From assembly GCA_001443495.1 (NCBI GenBank), contig LDXR01000002.1:324956-388955 (forward strand): a stretch of 64,000 bases of DNA, in the 5' to 3' direction. Source of the stretch: a candidate division NC10 bacterium CSP1-5 (lineage in GTDB: Bacteria; Methylomirabilota; Methylomirabilia; Methylomirabilales; CSP1-5). The position numbers were made by a program, and so were the translations under genes. Shown here piece after piece: positions 61,688-64,000 of the stretch (the first letter of the stretch is position 1; every line of letters begins with the position of its first letter). The notes under the pieces were generated by a model. The model saw only the letters and a list, made by a program, of their open reading frames with translations, ran no database searches and was not told where the DNA came from.

Positions 61688-63586
61688 ATGTACAAGACGA
61701 TCTACGTCCCGGTGGATAACTCCGAGCATTCTAACGCCGCCATCGAGGTAGCGGTCGCCCTCGGGAGGGCGTTCGGCGCCAATCTCGTCGGAAGCCATGT
61801 GTACGCGGCCAGGATGCACGACTACCGGTTCCGCCAGATGGAGTACACGCTGCCGCCCGAGTACCAGGGCGAAGAGGAGATGGAGAAGCAGCGGAGGATT
61901 CACGACTCCCTGATCACTATGGGCCTGCAGCTCATCTCTGACTCGTACCTCGAGGTCATGGCGCAGAAGGCTGCTGCCGAGGGACTCACTTGCCGAAAGG
62001 TGATGATCGACGGCAAGAACTACGCGGAGCTGGTCCGGGACATCCGGGGATCGAACTACGACCTGGTTGTGATCGGGGCGTTAGGAATGGGAGCGGTCAA
62101 GCCGAGCAGCCTGGGCAGCGTCTGCGAGCGAGTCGTCCGCCGCATCGAGACGGATACCCTCGTCGTGAAGTCCGTAATCCCGCCCCACGCGCTCCCCGAG
62201 GCGCCGATCGTGGTCGGCATCGATGGGAGTCTGCAATCGTACGCCGGCCTGCAAGCGGGCATCGCGCTCGGGAAGGCCTTCGACCGCCGGGTGGAGGCGG
62301 TGGGGGTGTACGACCCCGTCCTGCACTACACGGTCTTCCACAGCCTCGCCGACATCCTGACAGAGAAGGCTGCCAAGGTCTTCAAGTTCAAGGAGCAGGA
62401 GCAGCTTCACGAGGAGGTCATCGACACCGGTCTGGCCAAGATCTACCAGTCGCACCTCGAAGTGGCCAGGGAGGTCGCCCGCGACCAAGGGGTGGACCTG
62501 AAGATCACCCTGCTCGACGGGAAGGCCTACGACCGGATCCTGCGGTACGTGCGCCAGACGGAGGCCTGGATGCTGGTGCTGGGCCGGATCGGCGTCCATA
62601 GCGATGATAGGCTGGACATCGGCTCGAACACCGAGAACCTGCTGCGGCTGGCGCCTTGCCATGTCCTGATCACGAGCCGGAAGTTCTATCCCCCCATGGA
62701 CGTCAAGGCGGAGGCCAGCATCGCCTGGACGCCCGAGGCAGAGCAGCGGATGGAGAAGGTGCCGGGCTTCGTGAAAGCCATCGCCCGGACCGCGGTCCTG
62801 CGCTTCGCAATGGAGCGGGGGCACTCGGTGATCACCAACGCCGTGATCGAGCAGGTGATGGACATCTTCATGCCTCGCCGAACGGCCGAGAAGGCCCAGA
62901 AGCTCGCCTTTGAGTTGGCGGTGGAGCATGTACGCGAATCGGAGATCCCGGCGTACATCTGTCGGGCGTGTGGGCATACGGTGCGGGGTGTGCAGCCGGC
63001 GGTCTGCGTCGTTTGCAACGCGGAGGCAGCGGAGTTCGAGAAGGTGGACAAGATGGCGGTGGAGGCGCTGGCGGCCTCCGAAGGCGCCATCCGGGACGAG
63101 GAGACCTTCGACGGGGTCAAGCTCCGCTGGACGGAGGAGGCGAACCGCGTCTTGCGGATGGCGCCCTCCGGATACATGCGCCGTCGGGCCAAGGCCCGGA
63201 TCGAGAAGCTCGCGCGCGTGCAGCAGCTCGAGGTCATCAGCAAGGAGCTGGCGTGGCCGATCGTGGCGGAGGTCGTTGAGGAGCAGATGCTGATGCAGGA
63301 TCGGGATAGCCTGACGCCAGAGCAACACATGCTCCGCGCCACGCGCGCCACGGGCCGAACGGACGATCTCTTCACCTGGACCGAGGAGGCAGTGGCGCGG
63401 CTCCATCGAGTCCCCGAAGGGTACATGCGGGACATGACGAAAAAGCGAGTGGAGGAAGTGGCCGTGGAGCGCGCGACGCGGGAGATCACGCTGGAGATTG
63501 TCGAGGCCGGCATCGAAGCGGGGAAGAAGATCATGTCCGAGCTGATCGAGGCATACAACCGGACTGGGCAATCGCCCCGGCAGTAG
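61688..63586 (+). CDS. fusion protein: two universal stress protein (USP) domains + three PCP_red-like domains with an inserted Cys4 zinc-ribbon
   Basis: 632 aa. USP patterns: KTIYVPVDNSEHS...VIGALG and IVVGIDGS...LVLGRIG. Three copies of the ChlB/BchB C-terminal-like motif: WTPEAEQRMEKVPGFVKAIARTAVLRFAMERG, LRWTEEANRVLRMAPSGYMRRRAKARIEKLA, FTWTEEAVARLHRVPEGYMRDMTKKRVEEVA. Also CRACGH...CVVCN. Confidence 0.75.
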   Translation: MYKTIYVPVDNSEHSNAAIEVAVALGRAFGANLVGSHVYAARMHDYRFRQMEYTLPPEYQGEEEMEKQRRIHDSLITMGLQLISDSYLEVMAQKAAAEGLTCRKVMIDGKNYAELVRDIRGSNYDLVVIGALGMGAVKPSSLGSVCERVVRRIETDTLVVKSVIPPHALPEAPIVVGIDGSLQSYAGLQAGIALGKAFDRRVEAVGVYDPVLHYTVFHSLADILTEKAAKVFKFKEQEQLHEEVIDTGLAKIYQSHLEVAREVARDQGVDLKITLLDGKAYDRILRYVRQTEAWMLVLGRIGVHSDDRLDIGSNTENLLRLAPCHVLITSRKFYPPMDVKAEASIAWTPEAEQRMEKVPGFVKAIARTAVLRFAMERGHSVITNAVIEQVMDIFMPRRTAEKAQKLAFELAVEHVRESEIPAYICRACGHTVRGVQPAVCVVCNAEAAEFEKVDKMAVEALAASEGAIRDEETFDGVKLRWTEEANRVLRMAPSGYMRRRAKARIEKLARVQQLEVISKELAWPIVAEVVEEQMLMQDRDSLTPEQHMLRATRATGRTDDLFTWTEEAVARLHRVPEGYMRDMTKKRVEEVAVERATREITLEIVEAGIEAGKKIMSELIEAYNRTGQSPRQ

Positions 63587-63607
63587 GACTCAGGGTCCGA
63601 GGCATCT

Positions 63608-64000
63608 ATGGCCGCCTCTACCCCGTATACCATCTCCTGGAACCTGACCCAGCGCTGCAACCAGCGATGCGCGCACTGCTACCTGAGCGCGTTCCCGGGG
63701 GCGAGTGCCGCGGAGGAGCTAAGCACCGAGGAATGCTTCCGGGTGGTAGACGAGATCGCCGAGGTGAACCCGGATGTCTTGCTGATCCTGACCGGCGGCG
63801 AGCCACTGCTGCGGACAGACCTGTTCGACCTAGGTGGCTACGCGGCGGACAAGGGATTCACCGTCGTCCTGGGGACCAATGGGTTCCTGCTGAAGCAGCA
63901 GCACGCCAAGGCGATGCGGCAATCCGGGATCCAGGGGGCGAGCATCAGCCTCGACTCCACCGACCCCGCCCGCCACGATGCCTTCCGCCGCCTGCCAGGG
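63608..64000 (+). CDS. radical SAM protein, N-terminal part (runs off right edge)
   Basis: ATG 63608. CNQRCAHC (CxxxCxxC) cluster motif and the GGEPLL SAM-binding motif. The frame stays open to position 64000. Subfamily not assignable from the fragment. Confidence 0.85.
   Translation, partial: MAASTPYTISWNLTQRCNQRCAHCYLSAFPGASAAEELSTEECFRVVDEIAEVNPDVLLILTGGEPLLRTDLFDLGGYAADKGFTVVLGTNGFLLKQQHAKAMRQSGIQGASISLDSTDPARHDAFRRLPG

Noticed and set aside
63608-64000. Calling the radical SAM gene pqqE because it lies near a PQQ enzyme, or calling it nirJ or ahbD.
   Set aside because: Only about 130 N-terminal residues are present. They carry generic radical SAM motifs that do not discriminate subfamilies, and no pqqA, B, C or D genes are visible in the window.
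1-64000. Mobile elements, prophage or defence islands, tRNA or rRNA genes.
   Set aside because: Scanning both strands found no integrase, transposase or recombinase-like proteins, no tRNA-like T-arm motifs, no rRNA-like segments and no long terminal inverted repeats. The only hints of horizontal acquisition are two lower-GC patches (20.1-20.9 kb and 37.5-38.7 kb).

Overview
GC-rich, densely coding bacterial window. I recognised no rRNA, tRNA, CRISPR array, transposase or integrase. Calls come from reading the ORF-track proteins and the DNA by eye. No database search or computation was run, so family names are pattern recognition and GC remarks are visual.

The left half (about 1.4-27 kb) is a methylotroph-type C1 island:
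- Pterin and pABA supply genes: PCD, pabB-like and a LysA-like decarboxylase.
- fae, mtdB, an SDR, fwdD-like, fhcB, fhcA, fhcD(ftr), fhcC and mch.
- A roughly 13-kb block of tetrahydromethanopterin- and methanofuran-type cofactor biosynthesis genes: RimK/MptN, CitG-like, MptG, DUF447, DUF1464-like, DHPS-like, MfnB/E/F/D-like, HisA/F-like, PTPS and ATP-grasp proteins.

The middle holds two regulatory units. First, a HAMP kinase and NtrC-type activator sit in front of a clear sigma54 promoter with a tandem 17-bp repeat. That promoter drives an unassigned operon of two LLM oxidoreductases, two leaderless SBP-fold proteins and an FAD flavoprotein. Second comes a low-GC patch: an orphan promoter-structured RNA-terminator unit, a cNMP-binding protein, a frameshifted kinase 3' fragment, a triple-GAF kinase, two response regulators (one fused to a nucleotide cyclase) and a degenerate FwdB paralogue.

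The right part contains a MerR module, an ABC-2 exporter with ALDH and SRPBCC genes, folE, HAD, PhoX, DoxX, a large beta-barrel protein and an FG-GAP protein. It then carries a lanthanide-type xoxF, xoxJ, two tandem cytochrome c genes, a USP-USP-PCP_red fusion and a truncated radical SAM gene.

Many long ORF-track entries are antisense or out-of-frame shadows typical of GC-rich DNA. Several ORF-track starts are over-extended, because the track uses the first ATG, GTG or TTG.
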